From NCBI RefSeq assembly GCF_003334385.1, contig NZ_QOWN01000200.1: a stretch of 333 bases of DNA; one strand, 5' to 3'. The translations under genes and the position numbers were made by a program. This DNA comes from Escherichia coli (GTDB lineage Bacteria > Pseudomonadota > Gammaproteobacteria > Enterobacterales > Enterobacteriaceae). The notes under the pieces were generated by a model. The model ran no database searches and was not told the origin of the DNA. It saw nothing but the letters and a program-made list of their open reading frames with translations. Shown piece after piece: positions 1 through 333 of this stretch; position 1 is the stretch's first letter; each line of letters starts with the position of its first letter.

Positions 1-212
1 CCGGCACGCCAGACCGCAGTCACACCGTGTATCACGGGATTACCGTCCGTGTCCGTCAGCGGGGTTTTGTTCACCAGGATACTCTGCAGTCCCTTCACCG
101 GGCCTTCTATCGGTCCCTCACCAATGGCATCAATCACACTCATCATCTGCGTGGATTTGAGATTATCCTTCGCCTCACGCGGTGTGTGCCCCTTGCCGCC
201 CCCTTTACCCAC
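1..212 (-). CDS. J: Phage host-specificity / central tail fibre (tail tip) protein, lambda gpJ-like; N-terminal 70 codons only, 3' end runs beyond the window
   Basis: Minus-strand translation from GTG at +212..210 gives MGKGGGKGHTPREAKDNLKSTQMMSVIDAIGEGPIEGPVKGLQSILVNKTPLTDTDGNPVIHGVTAVWRA with no stop before the window edge. This closely matches my memory of the lambda gpJ N-terminus (MGKGSSKGHTPREAKDNLKSTQLLSVIDAISEGPIEGPVDGLKSVLLNSTPVLDTEGN...). A purine-rich Shine-Dalgarno sequence lies just upstream. GC is about 59% by hand count. Start choice is by homology; the same frame stays open further upstream but contains no better start. Confidence 0.85.
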   Translation of the reverse strand, partial: MGKGGGKGHTPREAKDNLKSTQMMSVIDAIGEGPIEGPVKGLQSILVNKTPLTDTDGNPVIHGVTAVWRA

Positions 213-216
213 TCTG

Positions 217-228
217 TCCCCCTCTCCT
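217..228 (-). promoter_or_regulatory. Ribosome-binding site (Shine-Dalgarno) for the J-like CDS
   Basis: Minus-strand sequence AGGAGAGGGGGA (AGGAG at +224..228) lies 5-11 nt upstream of the GTG start at +210..212. Confidence 0.5.
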
Positions 229-255
229 GTCTGATGTCTGAATCTGTTTATGCCC

Positions 256-287
256 AAAAAACAACAGGCACCCCGGAGGATGCCTGT
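256..287 (-). terminator. Rho-independent (intrinsic) terminator, minus-strand orientation
   Basis: Minus-strand RNA reads 5'-ACAGGCAUCC-UCCG-GGGUGCCUGU-3': a 10-bp GC-rich stem with one G.U wobble and a tetraloop, followed at once by UGUUUUUU then GGG. On the plus strand the hairpin is preceded by an A-tract and not followed by a T-tract, so it is unidirectional for minus-strand transcripts. Confidence 0.65.
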
Positions 288-333
288 ATCATGACTGAAT
301 AAAAATTCTGAATATCTTCACATTTTCACAAAC

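Noticed and set aside
141-146. Tandem ATG ATG on the minus strand as an alternative J start
   Set aside because: The reading frame continues upstream through 22 codons that match the conserved gpJ N-terminus (GKG..KGHTPREAKDNLKSTQ), preceded by a good RBS and a GTG. These ATGs are internal Met codons.
49-234. Supplied plus-strand ORF of 61 aa
   Set aside because: It is also antisense to J. Its proline-rich stretch is just the complement of the G-rich RBS and Gly-codon region. No upstream Shine-Dalgarno is evident.
213-255. Sigma-70 promoter for J between the terminator and the start codon
   Set aside because: The spacer is only about 43 nt and contains no convincing -35/-10 pair with proper spacing, only a weak CATAAA. 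J is probably expressed by read-through or antitermination, or from a promoter outside the window.
255-257. In-frame TTG upstream of the GTG as an extended J start (minus strand)
   Set aside because: It lies inside the terminator U-tract, has no RBS, and would add an N-terminal extension absent from lambda J as I recall it.
27-302. Supplied plus-strand ORF of 91 aa
   Set aside because: It lies antisense to the well-supported J-like CDS and runs straight across the terminator and the composition break. It has no recognisable protein features and is most likely an antisense ORF artefact.
317-330. CRP-like TGTGA half-sites (minus strand TGTGAAAATGTGAA)
   Set aside because: The two half-sites are direct repeats, not the inverted TGTGA-N6-TCACA arrangement. 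They also sit at the window edge, so the site cannot be assessed.

Overview
The window holds the 5' end of a lambda-J-like host-specificity (tail tip) gene on the minus strand (+1..212, GTG start at +210..212, running off the left edge). Its first 70 codons closely match my recollection of the phage lambda gpJ N-terminus. Upstream of it on the minus strand lie a purine-rich ribosome-binding site, a strong rho-independent terminator (+256..287, minus strand), and an AT-rich flank (+288..333, about 26% GC versus about 59% in the J segment, by hand count). That flank may carry the last codons of an unrelated upstream gene. The arrangement suggests a lambdoid prophage tail region with a possible moron or mosaic junction directly upstream of J. 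Both supplied plus-strand ORFs are antisense to J and are treated as artefacts. No database search was possible, so all homology statements rest on memory.
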